From positions 1 to 64,000 of IMG/VR virus record IMGVR_UViG_3300037840_000216: DNA of 64,000 bases. The stretch is one strand, 5' to 3'. Positions 7,933-16,405 of this stretch are shown piece after piece. The first letter of the stretch is position 1; every line of letters starts with the position of its first letter. Made by a program: the position numbers and the translations under genes. This DNA comes from a virus. A model generated the notes under the pieces. That model did not search any database. It had not been told where the DNA came from and saw only the letters and a list, made by a program, of their open reading frames with translations.

Positions 7933-8106
7933 TTAGGTCCCTACGAGGAGAATATCAATCTCGTCCCGCAACTTAGGTAGCGAAGCTTCCCAAATACAGT
8001 CCAAGCATTTGTCTGAGCCGCGAAGGACACGATTTATACAACCCTCTTCGTTGCAGAGTCCGTGATAGTGTTTCATGAACTCAGGAATATCATCATCAAT
8101 GTACAT
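7933..8106 (-). CDS. Small putative zinc-finger protein (57 aa)
   Basis: MYIDDDIPEF..CNEEGC..KCLDC; below ORF-track cutoff. Confidence 0.4.
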   Translation of the reverse strand: MYIDDDIPEFMKHYHGLCNEEGCINRVLRGSDKCLDCIWEASLPKLRDEIDILLVGT

Positions 8107-8141
8107 CGCCTATTAGGCGACGGCGATAACGAATTTTCCAG

Positions 8142-8225
8142 CGGAAGGTGAAGGAGTCGAACCATCAGGACAAAGCCCTGGCCTAGTTTTCAAGACTAGT
8201 TGCGTCCCACGACGCGCCACCTTCC
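8142..8225 (-). tRNA. tRNA-Ser (TGA)
   Basis: Type II cloverleaf, G73. Confidence 0.88.
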
Positions 8226-8282
8226 AAAGCAGAGGCCCCGCCCGAGAGCCCTATTCGGGCCGGGGGCGGCTACCCCTTTGAG

Positions 8283-8354
8283 ACGCTAGTGCCGGAATCG
8301 AACCGGCCAAGAAACGCTTTGCAGGCGCACACATTACCACTCTGTCAACTAGCG
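8283..8354 (-). tRNA. tRNA-Cys (GCA)
   Basis: Loop CTGCAAA, U73. Confidence 0.85.
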
Positions 8355-8357
8355 AAG

Positions 8358-8429
8358 CTCTGGTGATAGGACTCGAACCTATAACCGTGACCTTAACAGG
8401 GTCCCGCGCTGCCATTGCGCCACACCAGA
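8358..8429 (-). tRNA. tRNA-Asn (GTT)
   Basis: Loop CTGTTAA. Confidence 0.88.
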
Positions 8430-8488
8430 ATAAAAACTCACGAGGTCCTTCGGGATTTCTGATACACTTTGGGGTTCCCCGTGAGTAG

Positions 8489-8574
8489 CGGAAAGAAAGG
8501 GAGTCGAACCCTTAGTGGACTGTTTACCCACGCCTCTTTAGCAAAGAGGTTGCGTCTCCAATTGCCGCCTTTCC
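8489..8574 (-). tRNA. tRNA-Ser (GCT)
   Basis: Type II cloverleaf, short D-arm. Confidence 0.82.
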
Positions 8575-8577
8575 AAA

Positions 8578-8650
8578 AGCCTTCGACGGGATTCGAGCCC
8601 GTAATCTCCAGTTTAGGAAACTGGCGTGATATCCTTTTCACTACGAAGGC
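8578..8650 (-). tRNA. tRNA-Arg (CCT)
   Basis: Loop TTCCTAA. Confidence 0.88.
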
Positions 8651-8662
8651 GCATCATTGTTA

Positions 8663-9106
8663 CTAACCTGACAATCCCAAACGTTTTCTCTCGACTCGAC
8701 AAGACTTACAATATGCACGGGGACCCTTATTTCCACTTGGCATTATCTTCAAACTAAAAGAATCCAATGGAAGTTCTTCTTTACAATGAGCACACCACCA
8801 CATACTCGGTTTAAGATCGTGTAGAGGGGGCTTACCTGGTGAAGAATGGGGTCGATTACACCGGCGATGAGAAAAAGCCAAATTATATTTATCCCAAAAT
8901 GCTTCAGCCCCATGGGTCTCCCATGGAACCTTATGCTCAATGCTTAGCTCGTCTACTGTATCAATAACTTCATTACACACAAAACATATATTGCGATTAG
9001 TCTCGCAGACGAGATCAAACAGAAGTCGTTGGCGCAACCTATGACAGGCCGTACTATAACTCATTCCTAGAATTTCATTCTTCTTTTCGTTACTTCGTGT
9101 AGCCAT
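8663..9106 (-). CDS. HNH endonuclease
   Basis: CFVC..LSIEHKVPW..NLAFSHRRCN plus C-terminal CxxC..CxxC. Confidence 0.85.
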   Translation of the reverse strand: MATRSNEKKNEILGMSYSTACHRLRQRLLFDLVCETNRNICFVCNEVIDTVDELSIEHKVPWETHGAEAFWDKYNLAFSHRRCNRPHSSPGKPPLHDLKPSMWWCAHCKEELPLDSFSLKIMPSGNKGPRAYCKSCRVERKRLGLSG

Positions 9107-9168
9107 CCATTTATTGGGGATTATATACTTGGCTAACCCAAGCTAACCACGCCTTCATGGGACGCCCC

Positions 9169-9366
9169 TTATTCATGGTGTTCTTCTTCGCCACGGTGGG
9201 TGAGTTCCTGGAGCCCTTCGTGAAACTGCTTGTCTTCAATGCTGCGCGTGTGTTCTTCGCACGCGACGCTAAGAGGATGGTCGCACGGGTTTTCGCCGCC
9301 TCCCCCGCATCCAGCTACGCCGCCAAGAAGGACGAGCGCCATAGCGAGTGTCGTTAGTCGCCTCAT
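9169..9366 (-). CDS. Small putative lipoprotein (IS passenger)
   Basis: MRRLTTLAMALVLLGGVAG|C lipobox. Confidence 0.6.
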   Translation of the reverse strand: MRRLTTLAMALVLLGGVAGCGGGGENPCDHPLSVACEEHTRSIEDKQFHEGLQELTHRGEEEHHE

Positions 9367-9449
9367 GGCTCGCTTATCGGCTCTGTCAAGCCCCGACTTG
9401 AGTTCGAGTCTATGGACCGTGCATGGCCTTGGACGCGATGGTGGCGCGC

Positions 9450-9716
9450 ATGGCCCCACGCACAGAGCCGCAGATTGCCCTTGGGCAAGCTATCCGCCAG
9501 ACCAGAACCGCTCGCGGGCTATCGCAGGAGGAGGTCGCCCATGCCGCTGATCTGCACCCCACCTGGATCAGCCACATCGAGGCCGGGAAGAACCCCGCTT
9601 GGGGCACCATCCGCCGTATCGCATCTGCTCTCGGCGTCGAGGTGTCCGAGCTAGCCCGACTGGCCGAGAAGATCGAAGCTCGGCCTGAGACTTGCGATCA
9701 TCGTGAAGCTGGCTAA
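9450..9716 (+). CDS. XRE-family HTH transcriptional regulator (IS passenger)
   Basis: GLSQEEVAHAADLHPTWISHIEAGKNP. Confidence 0.85.
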   Translation: MAPRTEPQIALGQAIRQTRTARGLSQEEVAHAADLHPTWISHIEAGKNPAWGTIRRIASALGVEVSELARLAEKIEARPETCDHREAG

Positions 9717-9987
9717 AGCTCTCGGAATCCCGCCAGCCAAGTTGCTGGACGGGATTCCATAGATCGGGGTCTCTACACTCGAAGGCGTCTCAAGCCAACA
9801 CGGAAGGAGGGAACCCTTTGCAAACCCTCTTGAGGACGCCGGAAAACCCCGGAGTCGGGGATAACCACGCCCATCCGGCTCCCGGCCGTCAGTCGGGCAG
9901 GACTTAGGGGAACTTGGGAAACGACGTGGCAAGTCGGCGGCAAGAGCAAGTCAAGTAGCAAGCCAGTAGGACCGTCGCGTGGTCTGC

Positions 9988-10170
9988 TCACCCGGCGGCA
10001 CCGCTGGCCTGGGGTGGACACCCTCCTAAGTCCTTTTCGGAATCCTTCGGCGGCTTCTTGGGCGCTGGAGGGATCGTCTTGGGATCAACCTCCAGGGCTG
10101 CCTTGATGGCATCCTCGAAGGGCAGCGGGATCGACAGCTTTTTGTCGGAGGGCTTGGGTTGATCGACCAT
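9988..10170 (-). CDS. Small hypothetical protein downstream of transposase
   Basis: GGAGG RBS; LSIPLPFEDAIKAALEVDP. Confidence 0.5.
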   Translation of the reverse strand: MVDQPKPSDKKLSIPLPFEDAIKAALEVDPKTIPPAPKKPPKDSEKDLGGCPPQASGAAG

Positions 10171-10411
10171 CGTGCCCTCCATTCTATCGTTCGTTGAGCG
10201 CCGGCTTAGATGCCCCGGTTAGTCCGACTTATGTTTCACTCTTTTGCTATTCACCAATACATAGTGACGGCCAAACAAGTGAATGTGGTAAGATGTGCTT
10301 GCACACGGTCAGCCGTGGCAACCTCCGCTTGTAAGAGAGGCACCACGACTGACCACCCGAGATTGATTCCAGTTGGACGGCCGTCGTATGGTCGCCGCTG
10401 GATCAATTTCG

Positions 10412-11347
10412 TCAAGTCGATTCGGAGCAGGAACTATAGCGCAGACGCTTTCCCTCTGCCTTCTCCAGGGCAAGCATCGTGCGAGCACCGTCAGTGTTGT
10501 AACGGAAGTCAAACTCGGAGAGATAACGGTGCAGGTGCTCAGCACTGACGTGGTGATAAACGCCGTTGATGCCACGCTTCAAGTTCGCGAAGTATCCCTC
10601 GGCTGAGTTCGTGTACACATCGCCTCGGGCATACTCTTTCTCACCGTGATCGACAATCTCGTGGCTTGCAAAGTCTTGATCTAGCCCCTGATATGAGCGA
10701 TGCTGGTCAGTCATCACGCGGGACTCACGTTCGACGTTCTCACGTACGGCTCCCTTGAGAGTCCTGCCAGTCACATCGGGGACAACCATTGAGCGAACGT
10801 TGCCCTTGCGTTCTACCAGCGAAATGACGGGGGTCTTGTCTATCCCTCCCGTGCCAGTGATTTTACGCTCACGGTCACCTTTGTGCATGTTCTTCGCCTT
10901 GCCACCCACGAATGTCTCATCGACCTCCACGATGCCGCTTAGACGGTCCTGAAAAGGACTCTGATCCATTGCGTGTCTGATGCGATGGAACATGAACCAA
11001 GCGGTCTTGTACGTGACTCCGATCGAGCGATGAAGCTGGTGAGCGCTCATGCCCTTCTTAGACGAGCAGAGTAGATAGAAGGCCAGCAGCCACTTGTTGA
11101 GCGGGATATGGCTCGATTCAAAGATCGTGCCGACCGTGACCGTGAACTGCTTACGGCAGGTCGCACACTTCCAGAGGCGACGTTTGGCTTTGCCTTTGAG
11201 CCTGTACGGCGTTCGATCATGCTCGCCGCAGTGGGGGCATACAGGACCATCCGGCCAGCGAATCCCCTCCAGAAGCTCGGCGGCTGCTTCTGGATCGGCG
11301 AAGTACGGCGCGAGATTAGCCAGGTTGAGAATCCGTTCTCCATCCAT
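10412..11347 (-). CDS. IS1595-family DDE transposase
   Basis: Zn ribbon CPHC..CATC, VEVDET, VMTD, TNSAEG, YLSEFDFRYN. Confidence 0.95.
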   Translation of the reverse strand: MDGERILNLANLAPYFADPEAAAELLEGIRWPDGPVCPHCGEHDRTPYRLKGKAKRRLWKCATCRKQFTVTVGTIFESSHIPLNKWLLAFYLLCSSKKGMSAHQLHRSIGVTYKTAWFMFHRIRHAMDQSPFQDRLSGIVEVDETFVGGKAKNMHKGDRERKITGTGGIDKTPVISLVERKGNVRSMVVPDVTGRTLKGAVRENVERESRVMTDQHRSYQGLDQDFASHEIVDHGEKEYARGDVYTNSAEGYFANLKRGINGVYHHVSAEHLHRYLSEFDFRYNTDGARTMLALEKAEGKRLRYSSCSEST

Positions 11348-11463
11348 GGTTCAGATTCTATTGATGGCGTCGGACGGAACTTTTGGGCGGAGCTATGGCG
11401 CAAAACTCGACTGTCCTACATCGCCCTACTGCCTGAGTCCTGCGCAAGCTACAATAGGCACTT

Positions 11464-11536
11464 GCACGGGTAGCTCAGTCAGTAGAGCGGAGGCTTGATA
11501 CCCCTCGCGTCGCGGGTGCAAATCCCGCCCCGTCTT
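11464..11536 (+). tRNA. tRNA-Ile (GAT)-like, degenerate, inside IS
   Basis: TAGCTCAGTCAGTAGAGC D-arm, loop TTGATAC, T-loop TGCAAAT, acceptor mismatches. Confidence 0.6.
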
Positions 11537-11639
11537 CAGGCCCCGGCTGCTTTGAGCGCCGGGGTCTTCTCGTTTCGCAGCCAGCTATGACTAACTGGGT
11601 TTGCGAAGTACATAATCCCCCAAAACAGGCAGGTGAAAT

Positions 11640-11748
11640 GCCCCCGTAGTTTAGTGGCAACGGACAACGCCCTCCCCAAGAGTGTCGGTGTCCTAAGAAC
11701 GTCGGTCTTTCAAGCCGAAGACGCGGGTTCGAATCTCCGTCGGGGGTA
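11640..11748 (+). tRNA. tRNA-Glu (TTC) with large D-loop insertion, inside IS
   Basis: GCCCCCG/CGGGGGT acceptor, TCGGT-CTTTCAA-GCCGA, GGTTCGAAT. Confidence 0.7.
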
Positions 11749-11845
11749 CTTTTGCTGTCCATAGGACATATCCTACCAAACTACTCTGGGTTTGTCAAGT
11801 GCCTAATCCCCCATTTATTCTATCAAGAAATGGACCTTATTGAAG

Positions 11846-12227
11846 TGGACCATGCGTGAGTCGAACACGCGTCTTGTTGTGATTGTCAATCTAGCTATCT
11901 AGCATCTTTGAAACAGGCTTGACCCGTCTCCACCACTCGGTTTACGTCCAAGAACGTACTGCTTTCGCGGGGTGACAGATATTACTCTATCTTGCTACCA
12001 TCATGCCTTTCTGTTCACAGGTAAACATGAGACCCGGCTCTAGCGACTAAGCTAGAGCGAGATGTGCCTCGCGTGCCGTAAAGCCACCGGAAACGGCAGA
12101 ACCGTCCTGGAAGCTCGCCGGGATAGCGAGGGTGTCATCATTGCCAGTTATGGCTTTTGAGATTTAGGTGTCTCGAACCGATGCACTAGAAGGACTCTCG
12201 GGCAACAATCGAATACCCATATGGCCC
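11846..12227 (-). ncRNA. ssrA: tmRNA
   Basis: GGGCCAT/ATGGTCC-A acceptor with G3.U70, T-arm GCGTG-TTCGACT-CACGC, ATAACT|GGC resume context, tag ending LALA*. Confidence 0.92.
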
Positions 12228-12355
12228 ATATTGCACTGCTCAAGGCGAGGGTCGCCCATTACTTGCTTGTCTTGGATCACACGACCCTCGCCAAGAAACA
12301 AGATACTGGATCACCACCTTTCTTATAGCAGTTGAACGTAGGATTTCTCCTACAA

Positions 12356-12427
12356 TGGACGATGGAGGATTCGAACCTCCAACCACTGCGTTGTCGCCGC
12401 AGCGCTCTCCCATTGAGCTAATCGTCC
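12356..12427 (-). tRNA. tRNA-Val (GAC)
   Basis: Cloverleaf, loop GCGACAA. Confidence 0.85.
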
Positions 12428-12492
12428 ATGCCGCCGTTCACCCGAAGGCTACTAAGCAAACATTCCCTTTCACCCGAAGGCTACTTTGGAAG

Positions 12493-12567
12493 TGCATCGT
12501 GAGGGATTCGAACCCCCGACGCCTGGCTTGTAACGCCAGCGCTCTGGCCATGCTGAGCTAACGATGC
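12493..12567 (-). tRNA. tRNA-Val (TAC)
   Basis: Cloverleaf, loop GTTACAA. Confidence 0.9.
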
Positions 12568-12646
12568 AAGTTGAGGGCGAGCTTATCGCCTCCTTCGTTT
12601 GGCAACCCCGTTGATTCCAGGACTCCAACTACCCTCGATATATCAG

Positions 12647-12718
12647 CGATCTCACGGGGAATCGAACCCCGACTTGCGCTTAGACAGAGCGCCGTGATAA
12701 CCGTTTCACTATAAGACC
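12647..12718 (-). tRNA. tRNA-Asp (GTC)
   Basis: Cloverleaf, G73. Confidence 0.9.
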
Positions 12719-12722
12719 AAAG

Positions 12723-12801
12723 CGGGAGTACAAGGAGTCGAACCTTGCTGTTACTTTCCAAGGGTTTTGGAGGCCCTTCGCTACTCCGGTAGCACACTCC
12801 C
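12723..12801 (-). tRNA. tRNA-Trp (CCA), short D-arm and long variable loop
   Basis: Loop CTCCAAA, canonical T-arm. Confidence 0.7.
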
Positions 12802-12993
12802 AGGCAAAACTAGAGCTTTCCTCCGACGAAGGTCACGGAGCAACTCTACCCTGAACTTTGAGAACCACTGCGGATCATCTAGGTCATGCGTCTCCATCAT
12901 CGCATGATTTGCGGCGGCGAATACCTGCGGACCTAGCTCTTCTTGCGTGAGGTCGCGGTTCAAGTACCTCAACGGTCGTAGTTCTGAGGCCAT
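12781..12993 (-). CDS. Hypothetical protein
   Basis: 70 aa, TG-n-TATAGT directly upstream; 3' end overlaps tRNA-Trp. Confidence 0.4.
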   Translation of the reverse strand: MASELRPLRYLNRDLTQEELGPQVFAAANHAMMETHDLDDPQWFSKFRVELLRDLRRRKALVLPGSVLPE

Positions 12994-13071
12994 GCGAACT
13001 ACTATATCAGATGGTGGCGATATTTCTGACCTTGGCTCTTACTATCGGGACGGTCAAGCGAGTACCATCTA

Positions 13072-13144
13072 AGCCAACAGGAGGAGTTGAACCTCCTTCT
13101 CCGGGTTACGAATCCGGTGCGTCACCACGCAACGCTTTGCTGGC
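13072..13144 (-). tRNA. tRNA-Thr (CGT)
   Basis: Loop TTCGTAA. Confidence 0.85.
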
Positions 13145-13539
13145 ACAAAAGACAAGCGCCGGACTTTCAACTTAGCTTCCCCAGATGCGAGTGCCGCTCG
13201 CTGAGGAGTGAGCCGTAAAACATCCACCAAACGTGTATAGGCATTTCTTGATAACGCCTGGCTTACACGAGTCTTTCTAGGAGGCTTCCGCGAAACTCGC
13301 ATTTTGGCTCTGTAGAGCCAAGTTTCCGAGCCGCGTTCAGGCCGATCCCTCAAGATCAGGGATCGACTACCCCTGAGAGTCGATCAACTGCGAAACGACC
13401 GGCGAAACCATAGATTTTGGCTTGCCTAAGCCAAAAATAAGGCTCGCCCAATCTTGATCGTGGTACTTCAAGGCCGCTCAGGGCGAACAGAAATAAGAGA
13501 TGAGCCGGGCGCAGCTTGCGACTGGCCCGGCTCGCTGAC

Positions 13540-13615
13540 ACCTCTGTAGCTCAACTGTGGCCAGAGCCCCCGGCATTCAACCGGGGAGATGTGGGTCCGA
13601 ATCCCACCAGAGGCA
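13540..13615 (+). tRNA. tRNA-like gene (TTC in anticodon position, A33), probably degenerate
   Basis: CCTCTG/CAGAGG, TAGCTCAA..AGAGC, loop CATTCAA, T-loop TCCGAAT. Confidence 0.55.
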
Positions 13616-13620
13616 TCAAG

Positions 13621-13905
13621 ATGGTGTCGCCAATTGGCAAAGGACTTCGATGGAACCCCGAATGGGGCTATTGGCTATGCCCCAAAGTTCCGTCCGATGG
13701 CCCGTGTAAACTTTGTCGTTCTGATCAAAGTGACCCCCGCGAGATTGGCGTCTCCGGGGGTCTGGCCCAAGGAGATGTTGGCTCCGTGGACTCACCCAAG
13801 GTAGCATCGCGCTCGGCTGCGGCCGAGCTTGGAAGACTGCTCGAATCGCCCGAGATCACAAAGCTGATCGCAGAGCTTGAGGCGACTCGCTGGACCGGAA
13901 GCTAG
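13621..13905 (+). CDS. Hypothetical protein (Cys-containing)
   Basis: ATG just after the + strand tRNA-like gene, followed by a long hairpin. Confidence 0.4.
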   Translation: MVSPIGKGLRWNPEWGYWLCPKVPSDGPCKLCRSDQSDPREIGVSGGLAQGDVGSVDSPKVASRSAAAELGRLLESPEITKLIAELEATRWTGS

Positions 13906-14035
13906 AATCCTCAGAGGGAGGTCCCGCATCGGCTGGCCTCGCGGCCTCAGAGTCGGCGAGTTACCGGACGGGACCTTCCTCTGAGGACTTTCGCAGTTCG
14001 TTTCGCCGGACCCTCCTAGGAGGAGCAACCCTCCA

Positions 14036-14108
14036 AGCCTACAGGCAGAATCGAACTGCCGACCTCTTCCATACCAAGGAAGCGCTCTATCAACTGAGCT
14101 ATGCAGGC
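14036..14108 (-). tRNA. tRNA-Thr (GGT)
   Basis: Canonical cloverleaf. Confidence 0.92.
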
Positions 14109-14355
14109 ACGAAGATCCGGCGTCATACTCACTGTCGTCACAGTATAGAGCAGCGGACGACCCGGACCATACAACAAACCCGTCTATGACGGGGCGCTCC
14201 GCCCGCTACCCTCTACCGGGGGCCGACTGAGCAATTGGGTGGGAGAGCAGGCCACGAACCCTGCGTACACCGTGCGAATAGGCGACTTGGGTGGCCGACA
14301 GTTCCGACAGCCCATATGCCACCGTCATTCCTGTCGATCTCCAGCGATCTCCCAA

Positions 14356-14429
14356 TCAGGGTAGCGGGCTTCGATCCCGCGACCTCTTCGCTCCGAACGA
14401 AGCGCGCTACCAAGCTGCGCCATACCCTG
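14356..14429 (-). tRNA. tRNA-Pro (CGG)
   Basis: Cloverleaf, loop TTCGGAG. Confidence 0.88.
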
Positions 14430-14518
14430 TGGTGGGGCTTGCCATCCGGCAGCTAACCGGTGCTCCCCTCTCCATGACGTTGATGTGCCAGGAGTGTCTA
14501 GGATGTGAACCCTATAGT

Positions 14519-14600
14519 GCGCCATGCGGGAATCGAACCCGCAACCCTTATTGCTCCTCTCCCGAATGGGCGGCTAGCCTGGGTCTACCTATGAATGGCG
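14519..14600 (-). ncRNA. tRNA-like RNA without a recognisable anticodon arm
   Basis: CGCCAT/ATGGCG stem plus perfect T-arm GCGGG-TTCGATT-CCCGC. Confidence 0.45.
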
Positions 14601-14601
14601 A

Positions 14602-14696
14602 TGCGCCAGATGGGATTCGAACCCACATTCGCTTGTGTGAAAAACAAGTGCTGTGGCCGGTTTTTGACGCCGACTCTACCGTTCAGCTACTAGCGC
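14602..14696 (-). tRNA. tRNA-Glu (TTC) with D-loop hairpin insertion
   Basis: CTTGT-TTTTCAC-ACAAG, canonical T-arm, D-loop ~30 nt. Confidence 0.7.
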
Positions 14697-14834
14697 TTGT
14701 GTGCGATCCGATTACTCTCTGGCGAAGTCCAGGTATCGGTTCTCTGTGTCCAAGTTACCTTCGATCTCCCACAGAGCAATTTGGCTCGCCCCTCGCACGG
14801 AGCAGAAGTTCGGCGCTTGCAAACGCCTCACAAG

Positions 14835-14905
14835 TCGGGGATGCAGGAATCGAACCTGCGCTTGAAGTATCCAAGACTCCGGTGATACCATTTCACTAAT
14901 CCCCG
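14835..14905 (-). tRNA. tRNA-Pro (TGG)
   Basis: Canonical cloverleaf. Confidence 0.9.
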
Positions 14906-14965
14906 TGACGCGCCCACGAGCCGAAGCTGAGGGCGCATGCGGAGAGTTGCCTCTCCGGGTCCTAC

Positions 14966-15502
14966 TTATTCCGAGTAGGTAAACGTCGCACTCGCCGGGC
15001 TCGTCCCGTTTGGAGTGGTAACGGTCACATCTACCGATGTTCCGTTTGTGCCTGCCGGTGAATCGACAGTGACCTCTGTCTCTGAGACGACAACGACGTT
15101 CGTTGCCTCCGCTGAGCCGAAGGCGACTGCGGTTGCTCCGGTGAGGGCAGTTCCCCACACCGTGACCGCAGTTCCGCCAACAGCCGTGCCGCTGGTCGGG
15201 CTCACTGCGGTGACGGTCGGTGCGACCGGCGGAGTTACAGCGTTGTTGAGTGCCGTTGTGTTGGCCTCAACCTGCGTAGTGTTGGTCTGGACAGCCGTCG
15301 TTGCCGCGTCTACCGCAGCCTGATCGGCGTCACTCGTGATTGCTGCGACCGCTGCCTCAACGGCAGTCGTGTTGGCCGCTACTGCGGACTCGTTAGCGGC
15401 AACTGCCGCTGTTAGTGCTTCGGTGTTTGCCACTAGTTTCCTCTGCTCTCGTAGTAGGTGCTCCAAAACCTCTAGAAGAGGCTCGTGGTGTCTGTATTCC
15501 AA
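14966..15502 (-). CDS. Ala-rich coiled-coil protein with IPT/TIG domain
   Basis: AAGGAGG-N5-TTG start; PTVTAVSPTSG..GGTAVTV.GT..VAFG..FTY. Confidence 0.8.
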   Translation of the reverse strand: MEYRHHEPLLEVLEHLLREQRKLVANTEALTAAVAANESAVAANTTAVEAAVAAITSDADQAAVDAATTAVQTNTTQVEANTTALNNAVTPPVAPTVTAVSPTSGTAVGGTAVTVWGTALTGATAVAFGSAEATNVVVVSETEVTVDSPAGTNGTSVDVTVTTPNGTSPASATFTYSE

Positions 15503-15528
15503 TAGACCCTCCTTAATTGGATGGGTAG

Positions 15529-15601
15529 TGGACCGCGTGGGAATCGAACCCCTTCTCCGCATTGCAAGTGCAGTGTGTGACCCATCACAACCGCGCAGCC
15601 C
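15529..15601 (-). tRNA. tRNA-Ala (TGC), atypical D/T arms
   Basis: G3.U70, loop CTTGCAA. Confidence 0.75.
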
Positions 15602-15613
15602 ATTTACTTCAGA

Positions 15614-15687
15614 TGCCCCCAGTCGGGTATGATCCGACATCCCAAGGTTAAAAGCCAAGTGCGTTCTCCATTTACGCTCATAGGGGC
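15614..15687 (-). tRNA. tRNA-Lys (TTT), degenerate
   Basis: Loop CTTTTAA; T-loop ATCATAC; anticodon-stem mismatches. Confidence 0.55.
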
Positions 15688-15801
15688 AGGCTCCCCAGAG
15701 CAGAGCGCCAGCGCTTCAAAGCGGCGGGCTCCACGCTTGCGATTACTCTGGGGTACTACAACTGCTTGCTGATGTTTGTGATAGCGGAGTCATGTCCGCA
15801 G

Positions 15802-15884
15802 TGCCGTCCGAGAGAGTCGAACTCTCATGCTCTTACGAGCGGCCGGTTCTAAGCCGACTGCGTATACCATTCCACCAGGACGGC
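15802..15884 (-). tRNA. tRNA-Leu (TAG)
   Basis: Type II cloverleaf. Confidence 0.9.
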
Positions 15885-16016
15885 ATGTCCTCCTGCTCTC
15901 GATGCAAGGAGGGGTACTTTTTCTGTATTCATTCTTCGACATCGAGAGCGTGCCGTCCCACCAACTCCCTGGCGGGTGGGCTAGAGCTGCCATCGGTCTT
16001 ACACCCTAAAGTCTTA

Positions 16017-16100
16017 TGCGCAGGGAGGGACTCGAACCCTCACGCCCTTGCGGGCACACGGATCTGAACCGTGCACGTCTACCAATTCCGACACCAGCGC
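16017..16100 (-). tRNA. tRNA-Leu (CAG)
   Basis: Type II cloverleaf. Confidence 0.9.
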
Positions 16101-16202
16101 AAGTAGTAGGGTCAGTCGAGAGGCGCAGCTTGTGTGATGCCATCTGCTCACCCAATCGACTGTAGAGGAGAAAGCATCACCGATCTCCCCGATTCCCTAC
16201 AG

Positions 16203-16287
16203 TACGCTGAGCGGGACTCGAACCCGCACGAGCTTTCGCTCATAACCTCCTCAAGGTTACATGCCTACCAAATTACATCACCAGCGC
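16203..16287 (-). tRNA. tRNA-Leu (GAG)
   Basis: Type II cloverleaf. Confidence 0.9.
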
Positions 16288-16405
16288 AAGTGATTATGCT
16301 AAACCTCGCATACACGCGAGGCAAATTTTCCAAAGAGAGATGGCGGCAATGATTTATGACCTTTGCTCTTACTATCGGGACGGTCAGGTGAGAGCCATCT
16401 CTAAG

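Larger units (their letters stand above)
9116..11811 (-). mobile_element. IS1595-family transposon with passenger genes
   Basis: 25-bp imperfect TIRs starting GGGGATTA (9116-9140; 11787-11811; extra internal copy 11596-11620); 8-bp TSD CATTTATT (9108-9115, 11812-11819). Confidence 0.9.

Noticed and set aside
13540-13615. Opal suppressor or tRNA-Sec (TCA)
   Set aside because: Stem register puts TTC in the anticodon; no long variable arm.
15503-15658. N-terminal extension of the IPT/TIG ORF, and other track ORFs overlapping tRNAs (e.g. 14291-14899, 7602-7913, 2728-3063)
   Set aside because: They overlap clear RNA genes; a better RBS-linked start exists at 15502.
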